From: Candidatus Doudnabacteria bacterium
GTDB lineage: Bacteria; Patescibacteriota; Doudnabacteria; UBA920; 2-01-FULL-46-14
Length of the DNA: 64,000 nt
Direction: 5' to 3'
Assembly: GCA_041497195.1 (NCBI GenBank)
Contig: JBGQGB010000001.1
Span: 9,904 to 73,903, forward strand
The notes beneath the pieces were generated by a model that saw only the letters and a list, made by a program, of their open reading frames with translations, searched no databases and was not told the origin of the DNA. Position numbers and translations under genes: made by a program. Shown here one piece after another: positions 17,571 through 27,166 of this stretch (the first letter of the stretch is position 1; each line of letters begins with the position of its first letter).

Positions 17571-19566
17571 CTCTCCCCCCTTTTTCGAGATTTTACTTGA
17601 CAGGGTATCCCTTGTGCAAAATCCAGGCCTGGAAACAGGAAAAAGTGCAGAAGAGGAGTCTTCGTGGCAGCGATGAAAGCACGAAGTGGGGAGGATGCCC
17701 GATCCCCCGGAGGAAACTGGCCTACAGTGTTCCTCGCTCCTCTCCTGCTCCAGGGGCCAAGCCTACTTGAACCCCACGGGCAATCTCAAAATCAGGACGG
17801 TACAAAATGACAGGAGAGAAGACTTCGTTCGAAGTAGAGCATTGAGGGGGTCAGGCCTCAATGTTTCCAAGGAAACGGTCGGCTCTGCCGTCCCCTTCTT
17901 CTCTCCTTCCGCCCAGAGGAGGTACGGGCGAACTCAAAGTTTCCGCAAGTCGTAGCAAAGCTGAACCTGAAAAAGGGACAGGAGAGGATATGTTGCGGTC
18001 GTGAGGGGGGTCAGGAAGGGTTACTCACGGCCTAAACAAAACAAGGGTGCGTCGTCCCGCAGGTCCTTGTGTCTCCTCCCCTGTATCGGCGCCCGCAAAC
18101 TTGCCAAAGCTCTGGCGGGCAAACTCAAGGAAGACTTCCTGCGCAGGCGGACTAGCTTCTAGGCTGCCTCCTACAACCATCAACAGATGTTTGCACCCTC
18201 CTTGAAGGTGGGCAAACAGATTGGAGGATTCGCACCATGAGCCGGCGAAGCTCGATTAGGTGCATTTTGGCGGGACATCTGTTGTGCCAATCCTGCCTGC
18301 GCAGCCCTTGGGAAAAATCGAGAAAACAAAAAATACTTATTAATCCTCCCGAAAGTTCAAAAAGTGCGTTTGCATCCATCCGGAGGGGAAGGGCCAGAGC
18401 TTCGGTTACTCCTCCAGGGAGTAGAGCTCGCCTCAAGGGTTGGTGTTCCCTTTAGAGGCTGGGGCTCGCTTTTCCAGAAGTTGACCCTATCCCCTGCCAG
18501 ACAGATTGACTCTACTTGGCCTGGACGTGGGCTCCGCAGACTCCTACAGTCCAGGCACTTCGGTGTGGCTAGGCTGCCTCGTCTACGAACAGAAATCGCA
18601 GACGACGTTAGCAAAATCTTACGGCTCCCCAAAAAAATTGTCAAATAAAAAACGCTGCGACCAAACCCAAAAACAAATCGCAGCTTAGGCAAACTGATAT
18701 CTAATCCTCTTTTGGTAAATATGACCCGGGGAAGGAGGGTGATCTGCCTTGGGCAGCAGATCATCATCATCTGGTGCCTTCCCCGGGGTACTGTTGCTGA
18801 AATGATAAAGCTTTCTGCCAGCCAAGTCAACCAGCCTGGGAAAAAAAATAAAAAAATACCGGGAAAACCTGAGAAGGCTCCTCACTTTAGTGGTCGATGC
18901 ACCGAAAACTAGAAGGGTAGGTGTCGACTTCGAAAGTGAAGTAGTATCTTCCAGGTCTCCCGGCACGTGCCCATTCTCCGCAGAGAAAAGACACATTTGC
19001 TCTGGGCGCTCGGTCGTCACCAGCATTCGTCGCTCCGGTTTCCCGGACCAAGGATACTAGGTGACAGCGCGGACGCACGCAGAAAAGGAGAGAGGTGGGG
19101 TGGCAGCTTTGTGCCTGAAGCACAAGGCCTTTGAGCCCCTACGCTGGGGCCACTGAAAAAGCCTTTTGAGCTCCACCCCTTCGCGACCAACGCGGTTGCA
19201 GATGAACGAGCGCGTTGGGTTCTGAGTCCCGCGTCAATTCCGCCGCAGTGAAAAAAAATGAAGCGGCGGAGAAGCTTCTATACGCGCGGGCTGGGTTATG
19301 GTAGAAACAACACGAGTCTCAGTCACCTGGTCATCAGACTCACTTGCGCAAGCGGCCTTTTGTACCTCTCTACCTCGACCTCGTAAAACAAAGGTAGGTA
19401 AAGTAGGTGATGACTGCAGGTAGCTGAGTACCGGCACAAAAAATAATATGCCCAAATGGATTGGCTGTCAAATGAATCAGCACCTGCAGTACTTGCATTT
19501 CTACCCTGGTAGGGATACTTTTATGGCGCACCCATAAAACGCAATTTAGCAACCCTGAGGAGGACA
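17571..19566. other. About 2-kb ORF-free, GC-rich (about 58%), hairpin-dense region; candidate structured ncRNA(s) or decayed element
   Basis: No ORF over 160 codons on either strand, in a window that is otherwise about 90% coding. Many perfect 6-12 bp stems and internal short repeats. A minus-strand terminator lies inside it at 18631-18684. Confidence 0.35.
18631..18684 (-). terminator. Putative intrinsic terminator inside the ORF-free region
   Basis: gctgcga-17 nt-tcgcagc hairpin, followed on the minus strand by gttttttatttgacaattttttt. Confidence 0.45.
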
Positions 19567-20340
19567 ATGATGGGAAAACTCTTTAAGTCTCAAGTTTTCG
19601 CCGCTGCTAGCGCAGTTCAAAGTGCCCAACGAAATCCATTTCTTCGCGAGCCTGGGAGTCCCAGAAAGGTCACCCCTATCCGGCAGCCCGTGCAAGTCAA
19701 TCACTTCAGCGAAGAGGCACTCGGCAAGCATTTTGACGAACAAATACAAAAACTTGAGCACCTAGGCTTCTCTGCCCAGGCGCTTGCACTCCTACATTGC
19801 CAAAAAGCCCAAGTCATTGAAGAAGCCGCGCAAATCCAATTCGGTTCCTTGGACTACCCGATCGTCCCGGTCCTGCCGCCGCCCTATGCCGGGTTCTACG
19901 AGCTAGTGTCCAAGGTCAGACTGGGCGAAAAAGTTTGTGCGACCTGTCTCGACCCGGGAGCCATCCGGCAACTAGTACACCCGCCACTGAGACCCTATTT
20001 CATGCTCGACGTAGTCTGCTTCACCCCAAAACCGGGAATCACGATGGACCCTTTGGAAACGCAAACGAGCGCGAGGAACGCCGGGTACGACTGCCACACG
20101 GAAATCGAAGTCCTGATGGTGGCCATGCTGACAGACGCTCTGACAAAGTGGCCGCTCAACGCTTGCGGATCTTTTTGCGCTAACGATGACATTCCCATAC
20201 TTCACCAGGACCAGACAGGTGCTCCTGTTTACGAGCTCGGCGCCGGAATCGCTACCAGTGCTGTTTCCACCCCATTGTGCCAACAGCGACTCTGTTTCTT
20301 GAATAATGCGGGTGGATGGAGGAACCAATGGCTGGTCTGA
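19567..20340 (+). CDS. Hypothetical Cys-rich protein (257 aa)
   Basis: Strong RBS gaggagg 6 nt upstream of ATGATG. Ten Cys residues, including CATCLD and NACGSFCANDD. No family recognised. Confidence 0.6.
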   Translation: MMGKLFKSQVFAAASAVQSAQRNPFLREPGSPRKVTPIRQPVQVNHFSEEALGKHFDEQIQKLEHLGFSAQALALLHCQKAQVIEEAAQIQFGSLDYPIVPVLPPPYAGFYELVSKVRLGEKVCATCLDPGAIRQLVHPPLRPYFMLDVVCFTPKPGITMDPLETQTSARNAGYDCHTEIEVLMVAMLTDALTKWPLNACGSFCANDDIPILHQDQTGAPVYELGAGIATSAVSTPLCQQRLCFLNNAGGWRNQWLV

Positions 20341-20543
20341 ACGATGAAGAAAGGATGCGGATGGCAGAAGCACTTGCCGAGGTTTTTAGCGAAAGCCCGA
20401 TAGACAAGCAGAGGTTGAAAGCAGTAATGCCCGTCCTGCCGATGAATGAAGTTCTGGTAATTACAAAATTAGCACAAAAAATACTCAGAAAAAAAACAGG
20501 GCAGTCTCCTGCTCGGAGAATCCATGTCATCTGGCGCCAATGA
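20316..20543 (+). CDS. Small hypothetical protein (75 aa) overlapping 3' end of previous gene
   Basis: ORF lying immediately upstream of a strong terminator. Confidence 0.4.
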   Translation: MEEPMAGLNDEERMRMAEALAEVFSESPIDKQRLKAVMPVLPMNEVLVITKLAQKILRKKTGQSPARRIHVIWRQ

Positions 20544-20568
20544 CCAATCCCCATCTATTCCTGAAACC

Positions 20569-20606
20569 CAGAGCAGGACGCTTTGCCGCGCCCTGCTCTT
20601 TTTTTG
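20569..20606 (+). terminator. Rho-independent terminator
   Basis: cagagcagg-acgctttgccgcg-ccctgctct followed by T7. Confidence 0.6.
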
Positions 20607-20625
20607 ATTTCATTCCTAATAAACA

Positions 20626-21924
20626 CTAACCGAATATTTTGCGAAACAGCGAGCGGAAGAATTCGTAAATTTTCAAAAATACTCCCTGCCTTTGGCTCTG
20701 CAAGGCAATTTGCAGTTCTTCGCTGGGATTCATGATGACCAAATCCTGAGATTTATAACCAGGCGCTTGTACCAGGAGTGTTTGCGACGTCGGCTGCGGC
20801 ACGGACAACTGAAAATATCCTTCGGTCGTGGTGGTGGCCTCAGAGTATTTCGTCTTGACACTCGCTTTGGGGATAGGCTGGTTGAGGGAGTCTGTGACAT
20901 AACCACTGATAACGGCTGGTTTGTAGAACGACGTTAATGTCTCGACCGCTGGTTTGGGCGTGCCATCATCGCGCCACAAGGACGTGGTCCCGCTGAAACT
21001 CGTCCAATAATTGACCGCGGCGATTCCGGGGGTTTTGGCCAATCCGCCCAGCGCATCAGAAAGCCACCGGGCCTGCTCGCTCTCCGTCATCTGTCCTTGA
21101 ATGTCGGGGATGGGCACACCGAATTCGCCGATAGCGACGCGTCCCCCGCTCCGGACGGCGATATCGGCTGCGTCAGATACGAGCTCACCCGGACTGGCCA
21201 CATAATGGTCAATGGTCACGACTCCGCCCAGAGCCGCCGTGGTCGTCTTGTCCATAATCAAGCGCGCCACGTCGCCGTTCATAGAGATGTAATTGGAGAC
21301 GACTTTTTTGCCAATCTTCTGGAAGGCCTGACTCGTCACCCAATATTCATCTTTGAGAAACTGACGAAAACCGTCCACGTCGCCGGTAAAACGGGGATCA
21401 CCGGGACCCCCGTTTTCACACTCCGGACAAGGCGTAAAAACGTCCCCGTCCTCAAACAAAATGCTGTTTTTCAGGATGAAATTTTCGGTTTTGACCAAAT
21501 GCTCGCCGCGGGTGATTTTCGGATAATTGAACCAGCTCTCCCAGCCAGACCAATTCCCCCGATACCACACCGAGAGATGGTATTTGCGCGCAGCCGCCAC
21601 CCAGCGCTCCAGATACGGCGAAAACTCATCGTCGTAGGGCGTATCAATCGCGACGTGCGTCGCTCCCGTCGCGGCGATTGCTTTGACCTGCGCATCAATC
21701 ACCGCGTCAAAGGAGCTATCATGGAGCTTTGCTCTCGCCAAATCGCGTGAGTATTTCATGGTGTCGACGGACGTCACCGGCCACAAATGGGCCGCCGATG
21801 ACGAGCTCGACCCGGCCGATGCAGTTGCGGCCCGGACGAAAAAAACGACTAAAAACAAAAAAGGGACGAAGCCCAAAAGCGCAAAATATTTGGCTCGAGA
21901 AAGTTGTTTATTTCGCAGCAACAT
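20626..21924 (-). CDS. Membrane-anchored putative TIM-barrel glycoside hydrolase (clan GH-A-like)
   Basis: Start moved to MLLRNK (TM anchor FALLGFVPFLFLVVFFV). Candidate acid/base in CPECENGGPG and nucleophile in RVAIGEFGVPIP. C-terminal beta-rich tail. Confidence 0.45.
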   Translation of the reverse strand: MLLRNKQLSRAKYFALLGFVPFLFLVVFFVRAATASAGSSSSSAAHLWPVTSVDTMKYSRDLARAKLHDSSFDAVIDAQVKAIAATGATHVAIDTPYDDEFSPYLERWVAAARKYHLSVWYRGNWSGWESWFNYPKITRGEHLVKTENFILKNSILFEDGDVFTPCPECENGGPGDPRFTGDVDGFRQFLKDEYWVTSQAFQKIGKKVVSNYISMNGDVARLIMDKTTTAALGGVVTIDHYVASPGELVSDAADIAVRSGGRVAIGEFGVPIPDIQGQMTESEQARWLSDALGGLAKTPGIAAVNYWTSFSGTTSLWRDDGTPKPAVETLTSFYKPAVISGYVTDSLNQPIPKASVKTKYSEATTTTEGYFQLSVPQPTSQTLLVQAPGYKSQDLVIMNPSEELQIALQSQRQGVFLKIYEFFRSLFRKIFG

Positions 21925-23605
21925 CCGAGGTCTTTTCGAAAATAAGGATCTCGGGGGAAGTATAAACTTTGGCGAAATATTTGAACAGGCGGCCCTGCAT
22001 GGCGGGCGGCTCGTAAATGCTTTTCCAGATAGTATCGTCTTTCTGGATGACAATCCATTTGGCGTAGCGTTCCGGAGCTTCGAGGGACTGCTCCCAGTAC
22101 GGCTTGTTGCCGATATAGATGAGATTATGCATGGGAATCCCTGCGCGGATGATGCTCATCTGCCGCGAATAGTCATCGAGAAGCACCAGGCCATTGTCAT
22201 AGTGATCATGCATCCATCGCTCGGCGTCCGGGCGCTTGGCTGACGACAAACCCGCCAGGCCGTCCTCGAGCGTAACGATTTTGGTATACCCCACGCCGAA
22301 TAGCGCCAGCTGCAAAACCAGCAAACCCGCGAGTAGCCCCTTCATTGCCGGTTTGCTCCGGTAAAAAAGATACCCGAGGAAAACGCCGAGGGCCGGCAGC
22401 ATTAGCACGCCGTAACGGGCATTGAACAAAATCCAGTCGAAATTCTTGGGCGTGAGGTCCGGGATGAAAATAACGGACTGGCCCAGGTAAAGGGTGAGCA
22501 CATTGAACGCAAACGGCACCAGCAGCAGCATGGCGATCCACAGCCGCTGGCGGTCGCGGTTGCGAAACAGATAAACCAGAAACCCAATCAGGGCAAACAG
22601 GAAAATCAAGATACCGGCATTGGCCATGGTGGTCACGAAATAATACAGAAACGAAGTCAGAATGTGGTGATAGCCTGGCAATTCGCCTCTGGCGAGCCAG
22701 CCGAGCTGCTGAGATTTGGCGGAAAACTGGCTGTGGGTGAAATACAGCGGGTCGCCCAGGATGAGGCCGCCCCAGCCGAGCCACATCAGGATACCGAAAA
22801 AACCCAGGGTCGCGAACAAAATCGTCATCCCCTCAACTTTGGCCCAATTTTTTTGGATGGTCTGAATCGTTGTTGCCCGGACCCACGCTGCCTTGGCGAA
22901 ATTGCCAGGTTTGGGCGACAGTCCGGAACCTTTCGCGGAAAATCCCTGGACAAACAGCCACAACGCCAGAATAATCGTCTCGGCTGCGACCAGGGACCAG
23001 CCGTCGTAGCGGGAAAGCGCTGCCGCGAATCCGAACAGTCCGGCCAGGATAAGGGAGTTGAGACCCTGCTGATCAAACAAAAAACTGATGAAGTAGTAAG
23101 AAGACAGGACGAAAAAGACGATGAGTGTCAGCTCGGTCATGGGTGTGGCCTGCAAGTACAAAATATTCGGATTGAGCATAAATACCAGCGCGCCGAAAAA
23201 CGATGCGCCGGTGCTGGTTCTCAAAAGTTTCAATAATTTGTAGATATATAGGGCGGAGATGACATAGGCCACGCCGGAGATGATCGAACCAGCCAACCCG
23301 CTGCGCCACAAAAAATCCGACCAGACGAACGGCACCATCAGCAAGTGCGGCAGCGGCAGCCAGATACCCCCGAGCTGGGCAAATCCCGGCGTCAAACTGT
23401 CCACGACGCGCTTGGCGATATTAAGGTGCGACTCCGCGTCCCCGTATGCCACGATGATATCGTGGCCAAATGCATAAGCGGTGGCGCCTATGGCGAGCAA
23501 AACCGACAGGATGATGATCCAGGTTTCGGGCCTCACGCGCGAGAGACGCTCCCGGAAGCGGGCAAGGGTTGAGTTTTGAATGGTGATGCTAAGATTCATG
23601 TTCAA
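21908..23605 (-). CDS. GT-C fold membrane glycosyltransferase, ArnT-like (GT83-like)
   Basis: At least 12 TM segments. First loop YGDAESHLNIAKRV resembles ArnT DETRYAEIAREM. Confidence 0.65.
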   Translation of the reverse strand: MNMNLSITIQNSTLARFRERLSRVRPETWIIILSVLLAIGATAYAFGHDIIVAYGDAESHLNIAKRVVDSLTPGFAQLGGIWLPLPHLLMVPFVWSDFLWRSGLAGSIISGVAYVISALYIYKLLKLLRTSTGASFFGALVFMLNPNILYLQATPMTELTLIVFFVLSSYYFISFLFDQQGLNSLILAGLFGFAAALSRYDGWSLVAAETIILALWLFVQGFSAKGSGLSPKPGNFAKAAWVRATTIQTIQKNWAKVEGMTILFATLGFFGILMWLGWGGLILGDPLYFTHSQFSAKSQQLGWLARGELPGYHHILTSFLYYFVTTMANAGILIFLFALIGFLVYLFRNRDRQRLWIAMLLLVPFAFNVLTLYLGQSVIFIPDLTPKNFDWILFNARYGVLMLPALGVFLGYLFYRSKPAMKGLLAGLLVLQLALFGVGYTKIVTLEDGLAGLSSAKRPDAERWMHDHYDNGLVLLDDYSRQMSIIRAGIPMHNLIYIGNKPYWEQSLEAPERYAKWIVIQKDDTIWKSIYEPPAMQGRLFKYFAKVYTSPEILIFEKTSDVAAK

Positions 23606-25121
23606 ACCTCGGGACTACAAACAAAAAAACGACGAAAATTATGAGCAGCAAGGCGTAGATGACCAAAGCGTAATCACGCAAATTGATAACGTGCCCGAAA
23701 AAATAATTATAGAGAAAACTGTCCGAGCGCCCGTCGCGGAAAAAAAGCCAGTTGCGCAGGAAATTGTCCGGCGTGTGGAGCGGCACTGCTTCGACTTTGG
23801 GCGGAATGGCGTTGGTGGTGAGCGCCCCGAGCAAGGCGACGGCACAAGAATATGCGAACAACACAAACGCGGCTATGCGCACGCTCCATTTCCATTTCGC
23901 TTTGGCCAGAGCATAAACTACAAACAATGACAGTATCGCCATACCCGGAATGAGATAGCGCGGGCCATAGGCCCAGCCGCCCCACGGGTCACCCCAGCTG
24001 CTATACAGAAAAAGATTGGTCAGCACCACACCGAGCAAGAAGCCGGATTCAAGGTCTAACCTTTCGGAAAATTTCAGGACAAATCCCAGGATTGCCAGTA
24101 AAAAGATCGGAGCGTACAGAAACAATCCCCTATCCCCGGAAAAAAGCAGAACGGTCAAACCATGCATGAAATTTTCCTGATGGAAAAATCCGGCAACGTC
24201 TTTTTCCGGAACCGTGGAACCCGGGCCGAGGACCACGGTATCGGGATTGGCCTGCTGGGCCTCTACTATGGTGCGTAGTGCAGGCAAACTCCCGGTCAGG
24301 GTATGCCAGGAACCCAAATAATGCTGGTTGAACGCGGCGAGTGGCCCGATTACCAGAATGAATGCTGCGAAAGTCAAAAGAAGCGGGGCGCGCAGGGAAA
24401 TTTTGATTTTTTCCGAGTCCTTGCTGATGCGGAAAGACACAACTAGGAAATAAATCATCACCGGCAAAAGCAATACGGCATTCGGATAATCAATCGTGAT
24501 AGACAGCCCGTATGCGAGCCAAGCCCAGACGGCCCACAGCCAGCTGCCGCGGGCTTGGTGTTTGTATTTCCAAACGGCGTAGAAGGCAGACAGCAGGAAA
24601 AACGCGGTGACGTGGTGCTGATAAAGCGTCACCGCGTAGCTCCATGCCGTCGAGCCAAAAGCGAAAATGACCACGGCAAGCAGGGACGCCCACACCGGCA
24701 GTTTCAATATCTCCCGTGCGATCTTGAACAGAAACAAAAGCGCCAGTATACTCATGAGCGATACAAAGGCAAAGCTCGCGACCTGGCCAAGGTGGTAATG
24801 AGCGCCGATGAGGTACAAAGGGTAGGCCATGTACGGGATGCCGGGCGCGAAGAAGCTGAAAAACTTATCGCCGTGGTAGCCGACGTCGGGATAAGCGATG
24901 TTCGCGAGCTGACGAGTGAGAGCGAACGTATGGCTCTCCGCCAGGGCAAGGATGTGCACGAAGCGTCCGCGTTCCGGGGAAAGCTCAAACGGCTGGCCAT
25001 TCTGGTCCAGCTGGTTTTTGAAATCCTGCGGCTGCGGATTGCCTTTCACACCGCGCAGAGTCAGCGCGTACAAAGACAGCCCCAGGATAACTATGAAAAT
25101 TAGCGCAAGTTTGTTCTTCAT
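23589..25121 (-). CDS. GT-C fold polytopic membrane glycosyltransferase (ArnT/PMT superfamily-like)
   Basis: Polytopic membrane protein. Start moved to MKNKLALIFIV. Topology and size resemble the upstream paralog. Confidence 0.55.
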   Translation of the reverse strand: MKNKLALIFIVILGLSLYALTLRGVKGNPQPQDFKNQLDQNGQPFELSPERGRFVHILALAESHTFALTRQLANIAYPDVGYHGDKFFSFFAPGIPYMAYPLYLIGAHYHLGQVASFAFVSLMSILALLFLFKIAREILKLPVWASLLAVVIFAFGSTAWSYAVTLYQHHVTAFFLLSAFYAVWKYKHQARGSWLWAVWAWLAYGLSITIDYPNAVLLLPVMIYFLVVSFRISKDSEKIKISLRAPLLLTFAAFILVIGPLAAFNQHYLGSWHTLTGSLPALRTIVEAQQANPDTVVLGPGSTVPEKDVAGFFHQENFMHGLTVLLFSGDRGLFLYAPIFLLAILGFVLKFSERLDLESGFLLGVVLTNLFLYSSWGDPWGGWAYGPRYLIPGMAILSLFVVYALAKAKWKWSVRIAAFVLFAYSCAVALLGALTTNAIPPKVEAVPLHTPDNFLRNWLFFRDGRSDSFLYNYFFGHVINLRDYALVIYALLLIIFVVFLFVVPRFEHES

Positions 25122-25125
25122 GAAA

Positions 25126-26037
25126 TTACAGTAAAACTTTCTTGGAAGATGCTGAAATTTCAAATAGCGAATGGCTGGCGGGGTTATAAGTGGGAAAAAA
25201 CCTGGCATACAAATATGCGTACGCGTAAACTGCCAGCTTCACGGGATTTTTGAGGAAATATAATAGGGAGGTTCTCAGAGTAATAAAAAATGGTATACGG
25301 TATTCTTTTCTTACGAATTCGGGGGCGAAATACTTTTCCATCTGCCTCTTTCCGTCCATAAAACGGCGGCTCTGCTTGACGTGATCCGACAGATTGTCTG
25401 GGCACCGAAACAGAACCCCGGCACGCGGCGTAAATACAAACTGGAATCCGCTTTTGAGGCAGGACAGATATGAGAACGCATCCTCGGAATATTGAACTGG
25501 CCAGTGCAAATTTTTGTACAGAGATTTGGCAAAGGCCCGGCAACGACCGTGGCACAAGTAAATATTCGCGCCGTCATTGATCTGCTTGTACATGGCGACC
25601 TTGAGCTCGTGGCTGAACGCGATGACGCGCTCAAAAAAGCCCCGCGGCGGCGCGCTCACGGTTTCGGCACTGGTCAGGCCGACGCGCGTTCCGCTCAAAA
25701 TCGGCCGAATCAGCTCCTCGAGACAATCAGCCGAAGTCGGCAAAACGTCCGCGTCCAAAAGCACTAAAATGTCGCTTTCGGCGCGTCTCACTATCTCGTT
25801 TTGTCCGGCCGCGAGTCCTTGACGTAATTTGAACTCCACCAGTTCCACTAAGGGATCAGAAAACTGCCTGACAATGCTCGCAGTAGCGTCTGTGCTGCCA
25901 TCCGAGACGACCAGAATTTTTTCCAACACAAAATTCTCCCGTCTTTGCGACATGATAGACTCAAGCAAATTTTTTATATTTGCTTCTTCGTTATAAGCCG
26001 GGATACCGACCGTTACACTGGTACTGCCTGTCGCCAT
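25126..26037 (-). CDS. GT2 family glycosyltransferase (GT-A fold, polyprenyl-phosphate sugar synthase-like)
   Basis: VGIPAYNEEANI, VVSDGSTD and LLDADV (DxD). Confidence 0.8.
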   Translation of the reverse strand: MATGSTSVTVGIPAYNEEANIKNLLESIMSQRRENFVLEKILVVSDGSTDATASIVRQFSDPLVELVEFKLRQGLAAGQNEIVRRAESDILVLLDADVLPTSADCLEELIRPILSGTRVGLTSAETVSAPPRGFFERVIAFSHELKVAMYKQINDGANIYLCHGRCRAFAKSLYKNLHWPVQYSEDAFSYLSCLKSGFQFVFTPRAGVLFRCPDNLSDHVKQSRRFMDGKRQMEKYFAPEFVRKEYRIPFFITLRTSLLYFLKNPVKLAVYAYAYLYARFFPTYNPASHSLFEISASSKKVLL

Positions 26038-27149
26038 TTCAGCTTCACCTCTTTCCTATTGGTTAATACGCCGGAGATTATTCCTGTAATGCGCAAAATG
26101 CTTTCCATTCGTAGATCGTGATAGAGCGGCAGGCACAACACCCGTTTGGAGACCGACTCCGCTGTCGGACATTGCCGCAACGGAACATAATCCAGACGAT
26201 TTAGAGCCGGATAGAAATACCGGCGCGGATAGATATCATTTTTTTCCAATTCTTTTTTCACCAAAAGCAATTCCCTTTCAGAACGAAATACCACGGGGTA
26301 ATAGGCGTAATTGTAAACAACATCTTTTTTATAGACCGGCAGCTGCAATTCGGTGTTTCTGAGAAGTTTGCTGTATGCCTGGACGAGCCGTCTTCGTTGT
26401 TCGATGAGATTGTCGGCTGCTTTGAGGTTGCACAAGCCCAAAGCAGCATGGAATTCGGAATTCTTGGCATTGATGCCCGCGGCTGTTATCTCATCTCCCT
26501 CATAGCCGAACTCGCGCAGGGACTTGATCTTGGCTGCGACACGGCTATCCCGCGTTATTACCGCGCCTCCTTCGGCAGTGTGGAACAATTTGGTCGCATG
26601 CAGGCTCAAAGTCGAGACATCGCCCCAGTTGAGTATCGATTCGCCGTTAAGCTTGACGCCAAAAGCGTGAGCGGCGTCATAGATGACTTTGAGATGGTAC
26701 TTCTTAGCGATTTTTTTGATTGCCTCCACGTCGCATGGAAAACCGTAGACATGCACGGCCAATATCGCCCGGGTGTCTTTGGTAATCGCCTGCTCGATTT
26801 TGGCGGGGTCGATGCAAAAATCATTCGGATCAATGTCAACAAAGACCGGCTTGCAATTCTCCCAGATTATCGAATTGGTCGTCGCGACGAAGGAAAACGG
26901 GGTGGTGATAATCTCGCCGCGAAGACCGAGGGATTTGATGGCCAGCTGGAGAGCCAGAGTGCCGTTTGCTACGTAGAGCAGATTATTCACTCCTAAATAA
27001 TTATTAAGCTCCTTTTCAAGCTCACGGACGAACTGACCATCGTTAGTGAGCCATCGCGTTTCCCAAATCCGCTTCAGGTACCCGATATACTGGCTCAACG
27101 GCGGCAGATAAGGTTTCGTCACGTAAATTTTCTCTCTCGCTTCTTTCAT
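26013..27149 (-). CDS. DegT/DnrJ/EryC1/StrS-family PLP-dependent sugar aminotransferase (ArnB-like)
   Basis: LSLHATKLFHTAEGG (PLP-binding Lys motif). Length and layout are typical for the family. Confidence 0.9.
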   Translation of the reverse strand: MKEAREKIYVTKPYLPPLSQYIGYLKRIWETRWLTNDGQFVRELEKELNNYLGVNNLLYVANGTLALQLAIKSLGLRGEIITTPFSFVATTNSIIWENCKPVFVDIDPNDFCIDPAKIEQAITKDTRAILAVHVYGFPCDVEAIKKIAKKYHLKVIYDAAHAFGVKLNGESILNWGDVSTLSLHATKLFHTAEGGAVITRDSRVAAKIKSLREFGYEGDEITAAGINAKNSEFHAALGLCNLKAADNLIEQRRRLVQAYSKLLRNTELQLPVYKKDVVYNYAYYPVVFRSERELLLVKKELEKNDIYPRRYFYPALNRLDYVPLRQCPTAESVSKRVLCLPLYHDLRMESILRITGIISGVLTNRKEVKLKWRQAVPV

Positions 27150-27166
27150 GGTGTTATGGCTTTCTA

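Noticed and set aside
17571-19566. tRNA, tmRNA, RNase P, SRP RNA, group II intron domain V or hammerhead within the ORF-free region
   Set aside because: I searched by eye for GGTTCGAATCC-type T-loops with a 3' CCA context, the tmRNA ends (GGGG...UUCGAC / ...CUCCACCA), the RNase P P4/CR-I (GGAAAGUCCGGGC), the SRP helix 8 (GGAAGCAGCC), domain V (GAGC...ACGUACGGUUC) and CUGAUGA...GAAA cores, and found no convincing match on the plus strand. A covariance-model search is still needed, especially for the minus strand.
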